Shown in pieces: positions 52,292 to 64,000 of a stretch of 64,000 nt of DNA (positions are counted from its first letter, which is position 1; each line of letters starts with the position of its first letter). The position numbers and the translations under genes are program-made. The DNA comes from an uncultured delta proteobacterium. Lineage in GTDB: Bacteria > Desulfobacterota > Binatia > UBA9968. The stretch is from NCBI GenBank assembly GCA_963727625.1, contig CAVSHR010000003.1:128001-192000 (forward strand), written 5' to 3'. Below the pieces are notes generated by a model, which was not told where the DNA came from, ran no database searches, and saw only the letters and a program-made list of their open reading frames with translations.

Positions 52292-53281
52292 ATGCTTAAA
52301 GTCATTCCCGTTGAAGAAGCCGTGGGGTTGCCCCTGGCCCATGACATCACCGAGATCGTGCCTGGCAAACATAAAGGGCCCGCCTTTCGCCGCGGACATA
52401 TCGTGCGCCAGGAAGATATCTCCAAGCTTTTGGATGTCGGCAAGCGCCATCTCTACGTCATGGAGCTCGAAAAAGACGAGCTGCATGAGGAGGACGCGGC
52501 GCGCCGGCTCGCCAGGGCGGCCGCTGGGCCTAATCTAAAAATGACCGATCCGAGCGAGGGCCGGATTAATTTAGTCGCGGAAATTTCGGGACTGCTCAAA
52601 GTTGACGCCGAGCGGCTCTATAGATTCAACTCCTTAGGCGATCTGATGATGGCGACTCTGCCGGGCAACCGTTACGTCAGAAAAGGCACGGTGGTGGCCG
52701 GCACCCGGACGATTCCGGTCATCGTAAAAGAAGAATTGATCCAAAGAGCCGAGGCAGTATGCAAGGCTAAACCGATCGTCACCTTGCTGCCGATGCCGCC
52801 GAAGAAAGTGCATTTGGTCGTGACCGGCAGCGAAGTTTTTACCGGCCGGATAAAGGACGGTTTTGGCCCGGTGGTAACGCGGAAGATCGGCGAGCTCGGT
52901 TCGATGGTAGAGTCAGTCAAGTTGGCGCCCGACGACCCCGATGTGATCGCCGGCGAGATTGAGGCCGCCAAGCAGGCTGGCGCCGACATCATTCTGGTGA
53001 GCGGCGGCATGTCCGTTGACCCCGACGATAAAACGCCGGAAGGGATCCGGCGCAGCGGCGCGAAATTTGAAACGCACGGTTTTCCCGTCCTGCCCGGCTC
53101 GATGTTTGTCATGGCCTATCTCGGTGAAACTCCGGTCATGGGTCTTTCAGGCTGCGTGCTTCACGACCCGTTCACGGCGTTCGATGCTCTGCTGCCGCGC
53201 ATGCTCGCCGGGGAAAAAATCACGCGCGCCGACATCATGGCCATGGGCCACGGCGGTTTGCAGCGCAAGCACGACCATTGA
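52292..53281 (+). CDS. Molybdopterin-binding (MoeA/MogA-like) protein
   Basis: AVGLPLAHDIT, TGSEV, SGGMSVDPDDKTP, PVLPG; ATG 52292. Confidence 0.85.
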   Translation: MLKVIPVEEAVGLPLAHDITEIVPGKHKGPAFRRGHIVRQEDISKLLDVGKRHLYVMELEKDELHEEDAARRLARAAAGPNLKMTDPSEGRINLVAEISGLLKVDAERLYRFNSLGDLMMATLPGNRYVRKGTVVAGTRTIPVIVKEELIQRAEAVCKAKPIVTLLPMPPKKVHLVVTGSEVFTGRIKDGFGPVVTRKIGELGSMVESVKLAPDDPDVIAGEIEAAKQAGADIILVSGGMSVDPDDKTPEGIRRSGAKFETHGFPVLPGSMFVMAYLGETPVMGLSGCVLHDPFTAFDALLPRMLAGEKITRADIMAMGHGGLQRKHDH

Positions 53282-53351
53282 AACAGCGAGTCGTGATCAG
53301 CGATTAGTCGATGAGCAAAAGTAACGTGGGAGCAACTGACCGGAGGAAACC

Positions 53352-54002
53352 GTGGATATTCTGCGAACCCTGAAAGAGCGGTGCGATCCCAAATACGCGG
53401 CGTTAGTTGTCGTCGACGTGCAGAATGACTTCGTCAGTCCAGACGGCAGCGCTGCCAAGCGCGGTGAGGACGTGAACGCGGCGATCGCCATCATGCCAAC
53501 GCTGCAGCGTCTGATCCACGAAGCGCGGCGCGTGGGTCTCACGATCGTCTACATCAGAACGACCCACAGCGAGTGGACCGATACACCGTCGTGGATCTAT
53601 CGCACATCGCAGAAAGGCGGACTTTCTACTTGCCGCGAGGGTGCCTGGGGCGCCGAGTTCTATCAGGGGATTTCTCCGTTGCCATCCGAACGGGTGGTGG
53701 TGAAACATCGCTACAGCGCCTTTATCAACACGGATCTCAATACGGTGCTCAAGGCGCGCAATATCCAGAGCGTGCTGGTCTGCGGCGTGGCGACCAATGT
53801 CTGCGTCGAAACGACCGCGCGCGACGCCTACATGTTCGATTATTACGTCACGATGATCGATGATTGCTCGGCGGCCTACGAAGCCAAGTTGCACTTTGGC
53901 ACGCTGGACAATATACGCCGCCACTTTGGCTTAGTCGCTTTGTCCAATGAAATTATCGACACCTGGCGCGATTTAACGACAAAACCGGCGGCCGGGATTT
54001 AA
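53352..54002 (+). CDS. Isochorismatase/cysteine hydrolase family protein
   Basis: VVDVQNDF, KHRYSAF, GVATNVCVETTARDA (Asp-Lys-Cys triad). Confidence 0.92.
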   Translation: MDILRTLKERCDPKYAALVVVDVQNDFVSPDGSAAKRGEDVNAAIAIMPTLQRLIHEARRVGLTIVYIRTTHSEWTDTPSWIYRTSQKGGLSTCREGAWGAEFYQGISPLPSERVVVKHRYSAFINTDLNTVLKARNIQSVLVCGVATNVCVETTARDAYMFDYYVTMIDDCSAAYEAKLHFGTLDNIRRHFGLVALSNEIIDTWRDLTTKPAAGI

Positions 54003-54029
54003 ATTAAAAAGATAGCCATCGTTCAATAG

Positions 54030-54068
54030 AAAACGGCCTGGCAGGAGCTTTTCTGCCAGGCCGTTTTT
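54030..54068. terminator. Bidirectional intrinsic terminator
   Basis: AAAACGGCCTGGCAG-GAGCTTTT-CTGCCAGGCCGTTTTT between convergent genes. Confidence 0.85.
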
Positions 54069-54086
54069 GTCGAGTATCAAGCGAGA

Positions 54087-55115
54087 TCACTTCATCAGGT
54101 CGGCATTAATGCGTTCGAGAGCTTCGAGGGGCGGTTGCAGATCGTCTTGTGTAAGCTCCGAGAGCGGAACGTCGCACAAGTTGAGCTCGTCGGCGAACTC
54201 CTTGCGGTTCGGATTATAATAGATCAAGCCAGTCAAGAATTTTCCCTCGGCGATGGCGCCATGGATGGCCTGGATCGCTTGCGCCTTGCTGGTCGGATCG
54301 TAATCCTTACCGAGTTTGTGCAGGATGATGTGCGAGCCGTCGTGCAATTGCACCTCGTGGTCCGTGCCCTCGTCGTAGTCGGCTTCGATGTTCTCGTACG
54401 GCGGAATAAAGTCGAGTTCATGGATCGGGTCGAGATGGCCTTTGACGTATTTTAAACTCTTGGTCGAGCCTTCATGATTATTGAACGTAACGCAGGGGCT
54501 GATGACATCTAAAATCGCGCTGCCCTTATGCGCTAGGGCGCCCTGAACCAGCGGCGTTAGCTGTTTGCGATCCCCGGAGAAACTCCGCGCCACGTAGGTA
54601 GCGCCCAACGTAATCGCCAGCTCCGCCAGATCGATGGCTGGAATATCGTTGACTTTACCCCCCTTCATGACCGAGCCGACATCCGCCGTGGCGGAAAACT
54701 GCCCCTTGGTCAAGCCGTACACGCCATTGTTCTCGATAATGTACGTGATATTCACGTTGCGCCGCATCATGTGGCAAAAATTACCCAAACCGATGGCAGA
54801 GGTGTCACCGTCGCCGGAGACACCGATTGGCAGCAACGTATGATTCGCCAAATTGGCCCCGGTCGCAACCGCGGACATCCTGCCGTGAACGGCATTAAAG
54901 CCGAATGATTGACTCAGAAAATATGCCGGAGTTTTAGAAGAACAACCGATGCCGCTCAATTTAACCACTTTGTGAGGGTCGATGCTGTTTTCGAAGTAGG
55001 CCCGTTGCACCGAGGCTGATATTGCGTCGTGGCCGCAGCCGCGGCACATCGTCGAGGGCGCGCCATTGTAATCTTTTTCTGTTAGGTTAATACGATTGAG
55101 TTTTGCTTCTGCCAT
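54087..55115 (-). CDS. korB: 2-oxoacid:ferredoxin oxidoreductase beta subunit
   Basis: CRGCGH, SGIGCS, HGR, TPP motif GDGD...ENNGVYGLTKGQ, SPC. Confidence 0.92.
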   Translation of the reverse strand: MAEAKLNRINLTEKDYNGAPSTMCRGCGHDAISASVQRAYFENSIDPHKVVKLSGIGCSSKTPAYFLSQSFGFNAVHGRMSAVATGANLANHTLLPIGVSGDGDTSAIGLGNFCHMMRRNVNITYIIENNGVYGLTKGQFSATADVGSVMKGGKVNDIPAIDLAELAITLGATYVARSFSGDRKQLTPLVQGALAHKGSAILDVISPCVTFNNHEGSTKSLKYVKGHLDPIHELDFIPPYENIEADYDEGTDHEVQLHDGSHIILHKLGKDYDPTSKAQAIQAIHGAIAEGKFLTGLIYYNPNRKEFADELNLCDVPLSELTQDDLQPPLEALERINADLMK

Positions 55116-55145
55116 TGCCCCTGTTCCTTTTGTTTTTGAACTTAA

Positions 55146-56966
55146 TTAAGCGGTTTTCGCCGTCTGCGCCGCCTCGAAAATCTGTTTGACGACTTCCCCG
55201 GGGGTGATGGGGAGGCCGTTGTAAACTAGAATACTGATGATCTTCGCACCCAGCGTGGGGTTTTCATCCTTGATGATCGCGGCCACCTGCGCGTCACGGT
55301 TTTGCTCAACCAGATAGATGGTGTCATGCTCGGCCAAAAATTCCATCACTTCGGCGGTGAGCGGTAGAGCACGAATCAGCATATGGTTGGTCTTCAACCC
55401 GTGCGTTTTCAAGCGATCGCGCGCCTCTCGCACCGATTCATAGCTCGAGCCGTAGCAGATAATCCCGGTCTTGACGCCCTTCTCTTTTTCAATGATCGGC
55501 TTGGGAACAAATTTCCGCGCGGTATCGAATTTTTTGCGCAGTCTGTCGAGGATGTACTTGTAATCGTGCTCGTCCTCCGAATAATTGGCGTCCGCATTGT
55601 GGCCAGAGCCGCGAGTGAAATATGACGCCGTTCGGTTTTGATTCCCCGCTACGGTACGGTACGGAATGCCGTCGCCGTCTTGGTCATAGTAGCGGCGAAA
55701 CTTCTTGCCGGCCTTCACCCATTCATCGAGCTGTGCGGCGCTCAAACGTTTGCCGAAATCGAACGGCTCCTGGTTCAGTTTCAGCGGCTCCGAAGGCCAA
55801 AAATTCATACCAAGGTCAAGATCCATGGCCATGAAAACCGGAGTCTGGAAGCGATCGGCAAAGTTGAAACTCTGACGCGCGAAGTCGAAACAGGAATTCA
55901 TGTCGTGGGGAATCAAGATGATATGGCGCGTATCGCCGTGCGACGCGCCGTACATGAGCGAAATGTCGGACTGCTGGGTGCGAGTCGGCAAGCCGGTTGA
56001 CGGCCCGCCGCGCTGGATAATGAAAAACACGCAGGGAATCTCGGCGAAATAAGCCAAGCCGATGGATTCATTCATGAGCGAAAGCCCCGGCCCGGAGGTC
56101 GAAGTCATGGCACGCGCGCCGGCCCAGCCCGCACCAACGATCATTCCCACCGAGGCGATTTCATCTTCGGCTTGAACGATGGCGTAAGGTTTTTTGCCAT
56201 CCTTGGGCTTGCGCAGTCGGGGTAGATAGTACTCCATCGTTTCGGCGAGCGAGCTCGAAGGCGTGATGGGATACCAGCAAACGACCGATGCGCCGCCATA
56301 AATTGCGCCGAGCGCTGCCGCGGTGTTGCCTTCCGTGATGATTTTGCCTTTGTTGCCGTCCGGGATGGTTTCGAGGCGGGCGATGCTTTGTTTGAAATTT
56401 TGTTCCTTGCAGTATTGATAACCGGCGTCGATACAAATCAAGTTGGACTCGATGACCGCCGGCTTCTTGCCGAAAGTATCTTCGAGCACCGCTTTGATCA
56501 CCGACATGTCGATGCCGAAGAGATAGGCCAGCGCGCCGACATAGACCATGTTGCGCTGTTTGGCGCGCAGCGGCGATGCCGGCACCAGCTTGGCAACCAG
56601 CTTGCTCGCCGGAAATCCGACGTACTGGACGCCGTCGCGCTTTAAAGCTGCCGTCAGAGGCGTGGAGTCGTCGTGTAGAATCAGGCCGCCGTCGCGCACG
56701 CGGTAGATATCCTTCGCGGCGGTGGCGTCGTTGAACATCACCATTACGTCAATGACATCTTTGCGACTTAAATAGCCGTCTGCCGAAGCGCGGATCTGAT
56801 ACCAAGTCGGCAAACCCTGGATATTGGAAGGAAACATATTCTTCGATGAGCAGGGGATGCCCATTTTGAAGATCGCCTTGAAAAGAATGTTGTTCGATGA
56901 GGCGCTTCCTGACCCATTCTCGGTGGCGACGCAGATGTTGAGATCATTGATTAACGGTGTGTCCAA
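55146..56966 (-). CDS. korA: 2-oxoacid:ferredoxin oxidoreductase alpha subunit (gamma-alpha fusion)
   Basis: YPITP, QAEDE, TSGPG, QRGGPSTGLPT. Confidence 0.92.
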   Translation of the reverse strand: MDTPLINDLNICVATENGSGSASSNNILFKAIFKMGIPCSSKNMFPSNIQGLPTWYQIRASADGYLSRKDVIDVMVMFNDATAAKDIYRVRDGGLILHDDSTPLTAALKRDGVQYVGFPASKLVAKLVPASPLRAKQRNMVYVGALAYLFGIDMSVIKAVLEDTFGKKPAVIESNLICIDAGYQYCKEQNFKQSIARLETIPDGNKGKIITEGNTAAALGAIYGGASVVCWYPITPSSSLAETMEYYLPRLRKPKDGKKPYAIVQAEDEIASVGMIVGAGWAGARAMTSTSGPGLSLMNESIGLAYFAEIPCVFFIIQRGGPSTGLPTRTQQSDISLMYGASHGDTRHIILIPHDMNSCFDFARQSFNFADRFQTPVFMAMDLDLGMNFWPSEPLKLNQEPFDFGKRLSAAQLDEWVKAGKKFRRYYDQDGDGIPYRTVAGNQNRTASYFTRGSGHNADANYSEDEHDYKYILDRLRKKFDTARKFVPKPIIEKEKGVKTGIICYGSSYESVREARDRLKTHGLKTNHMLIRALPLTAEVMEFLAEHDTIYLVEQNRDAQVAAIIKDENPTLGAKIISILVYNGLPITPGEVVKQIFEAAQTAKTA

Positions 56967-57043
56967 AGTACGACCTCCTTAAAGCTGTTCCAAAACTCTT
57001 CAATTTTATCACATACCCCTGGAAAGACAACAACTTAGATATT

Positions 57044-57904
57044 TTACCCCGGAGTGTATTGATCTTCGTTATCGAAAAATTCGGCTACTTCCTTCCAGCT
57101 GCGACGAACTTGTTCGTCGACGTTAAATGCGCGCGCGTATTGAAGAATTTCCGGCATGGCGATCAAACCGGTCAATTCGCCGCCGGTGCCGCTGACCGGC
57201 ATGTTGCGGATATCCCGCCGGTACATCTCCGCAAGCACATCGCCGATCAAGGCTGAATGCGGCATGGTAATCAACGGCGCTGTCATGACCTTTTGAATAG
57301 GGGTTTCTTTTACCGGCAGCTCTTTCGTCGCCACGCGTTTGAGAGCATCGCGCTCGGTAAAAATCCCGCTTGGTTTTTCACTGGCCGTGACTATCACAGC
57401 GGTGGAACTTTTTTTGTTCATTAACTCAATGGTTCCATGCACCGAAGCGTTTTCATCCAACGTCACAATTGTCGCGGCGGCGATATCGCCTAAAGTTTTG
57501 GTCTCGCTTAGACCCTGGCCGAGCTCGACCGCAATGCTGAGAATACGCCGCATGGAAACGACGCCGATAATCTTGCCGCGCCGGCCGCGCACCAGCAGGT
57601 GGCGGAATTTGCCCCGATACATTTTTCCGAAGGCATCAATGATGTGAGTTTCCTCGCGCACGGCGCGGACGGGGGTGGTCATCACACTTCTAATCGCCGT
57701 TTTACGCGTATCGATGCCGGTGTTGAGGATGCGCTTCAAGACGTCTTTCTCGGTGAAGATGCCGATCGGAATGTCATCGTCGGTCACGATAATACGGCCG
57801 ACGTCCTCTGCCACCATGATTTCCATGACGTGAAAGATCGACGACGATGCCGGCGCCGTCGTGAGATGGGTCGTCATGACTTCGCTGACTTTATTGGAAA
57901 GCAT
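57044..57904 (-). CDS. Four-CBS-domain protein
   Basis: Repeated GIFTE[KR]D...VMT motifs; GGAGG RBS before ATG 57904. Confidence 0.88.
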   Translation of the reverse strand: MLSNKVSEVMTTHLTTAPASSSIFHVMEIMVAEDVGRIIVTDDDIPIGIFTEKDVLKRILNTGIDTRKTAIRSVMTTPVRAVREETHIIDAFGKMYRGKFRHLLVRGRRGKIIGVVSMRRILSIAVELGQGLSETKTLGDIAAATIVTLDENASVHGTIELMNKKSSTAVIVTASEKPSGIFTERDALKRVATKELPVKETPIQKVMTAPLITMPHSALIGDVLAEMYRRDIRNMPVSGTGGELTGLIAMPEILQYARAFNVDEQVRRSWKEVAEFFDNEDQYTPG

Positions 57905-58092
57905 CCGGTCACCTCCTTCGAAGTGGTTACAGAAACGGCAGCGATTGAACAACTTGACGGATTATAATTATAGCACCTGTCCGGCCGGAGAACACAAGCT
58001 TCCGGCGATTTCTTTAAAGCCGGCAAAACATTGCGGCCCGGTGTGCCGGCATGTTAGATTTGCACTTGTTCTCCTTGGGGGGATATTTGATC

Positions 58093-58407
58093 ATGAGCCG
58101 GCGGGAAAACGAATTCGACCACGGATTGGTCACCGAGACCAAAAAGAAGGTCAAACGCCCGCCGCTTTATAAAGTTTTGCTGCATAACGACGATTACACG
58201 ACTAAGGAATTTGTTGTGCAGATCCTGCAGTATGTGTTTCACAAGGAGCAAACCGAAGCCGTTCAAATTATGCTCCACGTACACAAAAAAGGCATCGGCG
58301 TGGCCGGTGTTTACAGTTATGAGATTGCCGAAACCAAGGTTTCTCTGGTTGATGAACTCGCGCGGCAGCATGAGTATCCGCTGAAATGCACGATGGAAGA
58401 GGCTTAG
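58093..58407 (+). CDS. clpS: ATP-dependent Clp protease adaptor
   Basis: YKVLLHNDDYT, MLHVH, IAETK, YPLKCTME. Confidence 0.96.
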   Translation: MSRRENEFDHGLVTETKKKVKRPPLYKVLLHNDDYTTKEFVVQILQYVFHKEQTEAVQIMLHVHKKGIGVAGVYSYEIAETKVSLVDELARQHEYPLKCTMEEA

Positions 58408-58408
58408 A

Positions 58409-60688
<2,280 letters not shown>

Positions 60689-60715
60689 ATTGTTCTTGCC
60701 GCGCCGCACAGCCGG

Positions 60716-61981
60716 ATGGAACAACGGGTCGTCACGTCATTTCTGATATTCTTTGCACTCGATTTCCTGGTTGAATTTGTACTCAACGAATTGAATCTCC
60801 GCTACGTGCGCGCCTGCTGGGCGCAAAAACGGATCCCCGAGCTTTTTCGCGACAAGCTGAACGCGGAAGGATATCAAAAGTCAGTAGAGTACACCCTGGC
60901 CAAAGGCCGCTTCGGCCGCTGGGTCGAAATTTATCATCGAACCATCAACCTGGTGATTTTATTCAGTGGAATTTTGGCCTTTCTCGATCAATTCGCAGAC
61001 GCGATTGCGCGAGAGTTTTCCCTGGGCCTTTACGGCCAGGGAATTATATTCTGTCTCGCCGTTGGCGGCCTCTTTTCGGTGGCGAGTTTGGCGAGCGATG
61101 TTTACTCGACCTTCGCTCTCGAGGCCAAGTTCGATTTCAATAAGACGAGTGTCGGTCTTTACGTTAGCGATAAGCTCAAAGGTTTGTTGCTCGGGGTCCT
61201 GATCGGCATCCCGTTTCTCCTCGTCGTGTTCTGGCTGATGGATGTGATGGGCCGTTTCTGGTGGATCTGGGCGTTTGTCTTTATTACAGCTTTTCAGCTC
61301 CTAATGGTTGTCATTTTTCCGACGTTCATCGCGCCCTGGTTCAATAAATTCGAGCCGCTCAAGGAAGGAGAGTTTCGCGAGCGTATCCTGGCGCTAGCGG
61401 ACAAGGTTGGTTTCAAGACAAGCGGCATCTATTCGATGGACGGCTCGAAACGGTCGTCCCATTCGAACGCTTATTTCACCGGTATCGGCAAATCTAAGCG
61501 CATCGTGCTGTTCGACACGCTGCTCGAGCAGATGAGCATGGCGCAGGGACTGGCCGTGCTCGCCCACGAGATGGGCCATTACAAAATGAAACATATCCGC
61601 AGAATGCTGATCGTCCAGACCGTTTTTTTATTAATCGGCCTTTTTATTCTCAATTTATTGTTGGACTACCGGCCGCTCTACGCCGGTTTCGGTCTGGAAC
61701 CGAGCCACCACGCCGCTCTGATGCTGTTCAGCCTGCTATCGGGTCCATTTACCTTTTACCTTGGGCCGCTGATGAACTTTCTATCGCGAAAGCATGAGTA
61801 TGAAGCGGACCGTTTTGCCGCGCTCACCTTGGGCGATGGCAAAGCGATGGAAGAGGCGTTGGTCAACTTGACGGTGAAAAATTTATCGAACTTGACACCC
61901 CACCCCTGGTATTCGGCCTACCACTATTCCCACCCCACACCCACAGAACGCATCAGCGCGCTTCGGCAGTCGGCAACTTAG
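60716..61981 (+). CDS. M48 (Ste24-like) membrane metallopeptidase
   Basis: DGSKRS, NAYFTG, LAHEMGH, EYEADRFA, SHP. Confidence 0.92.
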   Translation: MEQRVVTSFLIFFALDFLVEFVLNELNLRYVRACWAQKRIPELFRDKLNAEGYQKSVEYTLAKGRFGRWVEIYHRTINLVILFSGILAFLDQFADAIAREFSLGLYGQGIIFCLAVGGLFSVASLASDVYSTFALEAKFDFNKTSVGLYVSDKLKGLLLGVLIGIPFLLVVFWLMDVMGRFWWIWAFVFITAFQLLMVVIFPTFIAPWFNKFEPLKEGEFRERILALADKVGFKTSGIYSMDGSKRSSHSNAYFTGIGKSKRIVLFDTLLEQMSMAQGLAVLAHEMGHYKMKHIRRMLIVQTVFLLIGLFILNLLLDYRPLYAGFGLEPSHHAALMLFSLLSGPFTFYLGPLMNFLSRKHEYEADRFAALTLGDGKAMEEALVNLTVKNLSNLTPHPWYSAYHYSHPTPTERISALRQSAT

Positions 61982-62022
61982 CGCTTCGGTCCGCTTTTCG
62001 GTAAGATTCAGCAGATGGGAAA

Positions 62023-62046
62023 TGGTCGGGGCGAGTGGATTTGAAC
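62023..62046 (-). repeat. tRNA-Pro 3'-end fragment, putative att site
   Basis: Minus strand GTTCAAATCCACTCGCCCCGACCA (T-loop, T-stem 3' arm, acceptor 3' arm, CCA); no matching 5' portion. Confidence 0.7.
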
Positions 62047-62490
62047 TCCGATGAGCGTAACAAGGCCGAGGATGATCACTAAGTAGCGATGTTTTTAAGG
62101 TAAGTGCTTGCCACATCAACCGGGGTTGAAACCCAAAATTTACCTCAAAACACGGCTAACCCCCCCAAGACCCGAAACCGTCCAGAGCGGCAAAAATGTG
62201 AGGGTCATTGAGTCCCTATTTCAACGCTCAAGGCCTAATCGGGGATAGAGCTAAAAATATATAAGAGCGCTTGTAGCGAAGCCATTTTAATGGTTCAAAT
62301 ATTTCCAAAGCTCCACATCACCAGCTCACCCATCTAGAATTCTCAACCGGCAATCTCTTCGTTCCTTGCGCGATTCACAACTTGTGCGCGGGACCCTCAA
62401 GGGTCCCCAAACACTCCCATCGCAGAATTCACTGAGATCCTGTCAAATCCATGGAGCTGCTCCTTTGATCACTTCATCGTTCGTGGCAAG

Positions 62491-63315
62491 TTAGAATACT
62501 TCCGCTGGTACACCGGTGCGCCAGCGCACTTCACCGGCGATCCATTGCAGCGTGATCACACTGACTTTTTCAATTCCTTTGTCTGGGGGCTCACGATCCA
62601 GGCTATAAATCTGAACGCCGGCGGGATGAATCTCCCGGATTTTCTGAATCCACATCGAAACCGATTCAGGGTCGGTGTTGGTGACTCTTCCCTGGATAAA
62701 ACAGGACTGGAGGTAAATATTCTTGAGTGCTTTCAATCCAACGATAATTTCGCCCATGTACACCGGCGCCGTAGGATGGTTGAGCTGGCAAAACATTTCC
62801 TCGCTGCCAGCGTCGAATTTCATGATTTTTACATCGATAAGTTCCAGCGCGGCGCGAACGGATGGTTCGCCTAAGGTCGACGAGTTTGACAGAATCGAAA
62901 TGCACGCATCGGGTTGGTAACGGTCACGAAGCTCTTTCATTTTGACAATGATTTCGGTGAGTGCCGGATAGACCGTAGGTTCGCCATTGCCGCAGATGGT
63001 GATGGAATCGAGCGTTTTTTTCCCACGGGACAGATCCGCCAACACCTTCTCGACAGCCGTTCCAACCTCATCAACCGTTGGTAGATTATCCAGCCCTCCG
63101 GAAGCGGGCGTCGTGTCTTCAGTCCAGCCGTATTGGCAGTAAATACAATTGAACGAACAGAGTTTATACGCGGTTGGCAGCAAGTTGATGCCGAGAGAAA
63201 TGCCGAGGCGGCGCGATTGAACGGGGCCGTAGACGATCTCCGGTTGCGGCGAATATTTATTCAGCAGTTGCGGCGGCCGGTGGCCTGTGCGTGATCTTAC
63301 CGTGATACGGTTCAT
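62491..63315 (-). CDS. Radical SAM protein of unknown function
   Basis: VYGPVQSRRLGISLGINL, CSFNCIYC, GNGEPT. Confidence 0.88.
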   Translation of the reverse strand: MNRITVRSRTGHRPPQLLNKYSPQPEIVYGPVQSRRLGISLGINLLPTAYKLCSFNCIYCQYGWTEDTTPASGGLDNLPTVDEVGTAVEKVLADLSRGKKTLDSITICGNGEPTVYPALTEIIVKMKELRDRYQPDACISILSNSSTLGEPSVRAALELIDVKIMKFDAGSEEMFCQLNHPTAPVYMGEIIVGLKALKNIYLQSCFIQGRVTNTDPESVSMWIQKIREIHPAGVQIYSLDREPPDKGIEKVSVITLQWIAGEVRWRTGVPAEVF

Positions 63316-63340
63316 GCCGATTCCGGTCGCAACCGATGGC

Positions 63341-64000
63341 TCAGCGGTTTGCCTTTCGGTAACCCAACACGTCTTGCGCGATAATGAGCTTTTGAATGTT
63401 CACCGAACCTTCGACGATTTGATAGGACTTGGCATCGCGGTAATAACGTTCAACGGGAAATTCCGTCGAATAACCGTAGGCGCCGAGCATTTTGAGCGCG
63501 GCGTCGGCGGAGAATGCCGCGGCTTCGGCACCGGCGTATTTCGCCATCGAGGCCTCCCAGTTGTAGGGTTGGCTGCGGTCAGCTAGACAGGCTGCGCGGT
63601 AAACCAGCAGACGGGCCGCTTCTTCCTGTACGATCATCTGCGCGATGAGATCTTGGTTCATTTGAAACTGGCCGATCTTTTGACCGAACTGCTCGCGCTG
63701 ATTGGCATAGCTCACTGCCGCCTCGCGGGCGGCCTTGGCGAGTCCGATGGCGCCGGCGGCGCAGCCTAGGCGCGTGTGATTCAAGTGGCGCATGCAGATT
63801 TTGAAGCCGTCGCCTTCTTGACCGATGAGATTCTCCGCGGGAATTTTAAAATTGTCGAAGGTTAACTCGCCGGTGGGCGAGGCATGCGCGCCCAACTTGT
63901 CGAGGTCGCGGCGGGTCACACCGGGCTGATTCAAGTCCGCATAGAAGGCCGACATGCCGCGATGCTTCTGCGCGCGGTCGGTGTACGCAAAGAGGATGCC
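63341..64000 (-). CDS. Acyl-CoA dehydrogenase, 5'-truncated by window edge
   Basis: KLG, REQFGQKIGQFQ, ASMAK, ERYYRDAK, EGS; frame is open to base 64000. Confidence 0.92.
   Translation of the reverse strand, partial: GILFAYTDRAQKHRGMSAFYADLNQPGVTRRDLDKLGAHASPTGELTFDNFKIPAENLIGQEGDGFKICMRHLNHTRLGCAAGAIGLAKAAREAAVSYANQREQFGQKIGQFQMNQDLIAQMIVQEEAARLLVYRAACLADRSQPYNWEASMAKYAGAEAAAFSADAALKMLGAYGYSTEFPVERYYRDAKSYQIVEGSVNIQKLIIAQDVLGYRKANR

Noticed and set aside
61990-62100. Intact tRNA-Pro
   Set aside because: Only the 3' 24 nt are tRNA-like; there is no D-arm, anticodon arm or 5' acceptor strand.

Overview
Bacterial chromosomal window, moderately GC-rich. The gene content (two UbiD paralogues, two amidohydrolase-2 paralogues, class II aldolase, ClpS-ClpA, KorAB, sigma54 systems) suggests a deltaproteobacterial or Binatota-like genome; this is inference, not a database result. 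It holds an origin-type cluster (mnmE-mnmG-parA-parB with two parS sites and no rsmG), ispH, a sigma54-driven amt-glnA-glnB operon, ileS-lspA, catabolic paralogues, a two-component/sigma54 module with small exported proteins, moaA, a decaying accessory region around chrA (about 42.4-50.0 kb), korAB, clpS-clpA and a tRNA-Pro 3' fragment resembling an att site. The most notable feature is a cobalamin-independent methionine synthase II-like gene (33059-31956, minus strand). The ORF track splits it in two, but it is one continuous frame. An in-frame TGA sits exactly at the Zn-ligand Cys of the H-x-C-R-G-N motif and is followed by a bacterial SECIS-like hairpin, so it is a candidate selenoprotein. 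I saw no CRISPR array, rRNA, intact tRNA or transposase. All calls are by eye from motifs; no searches were run.
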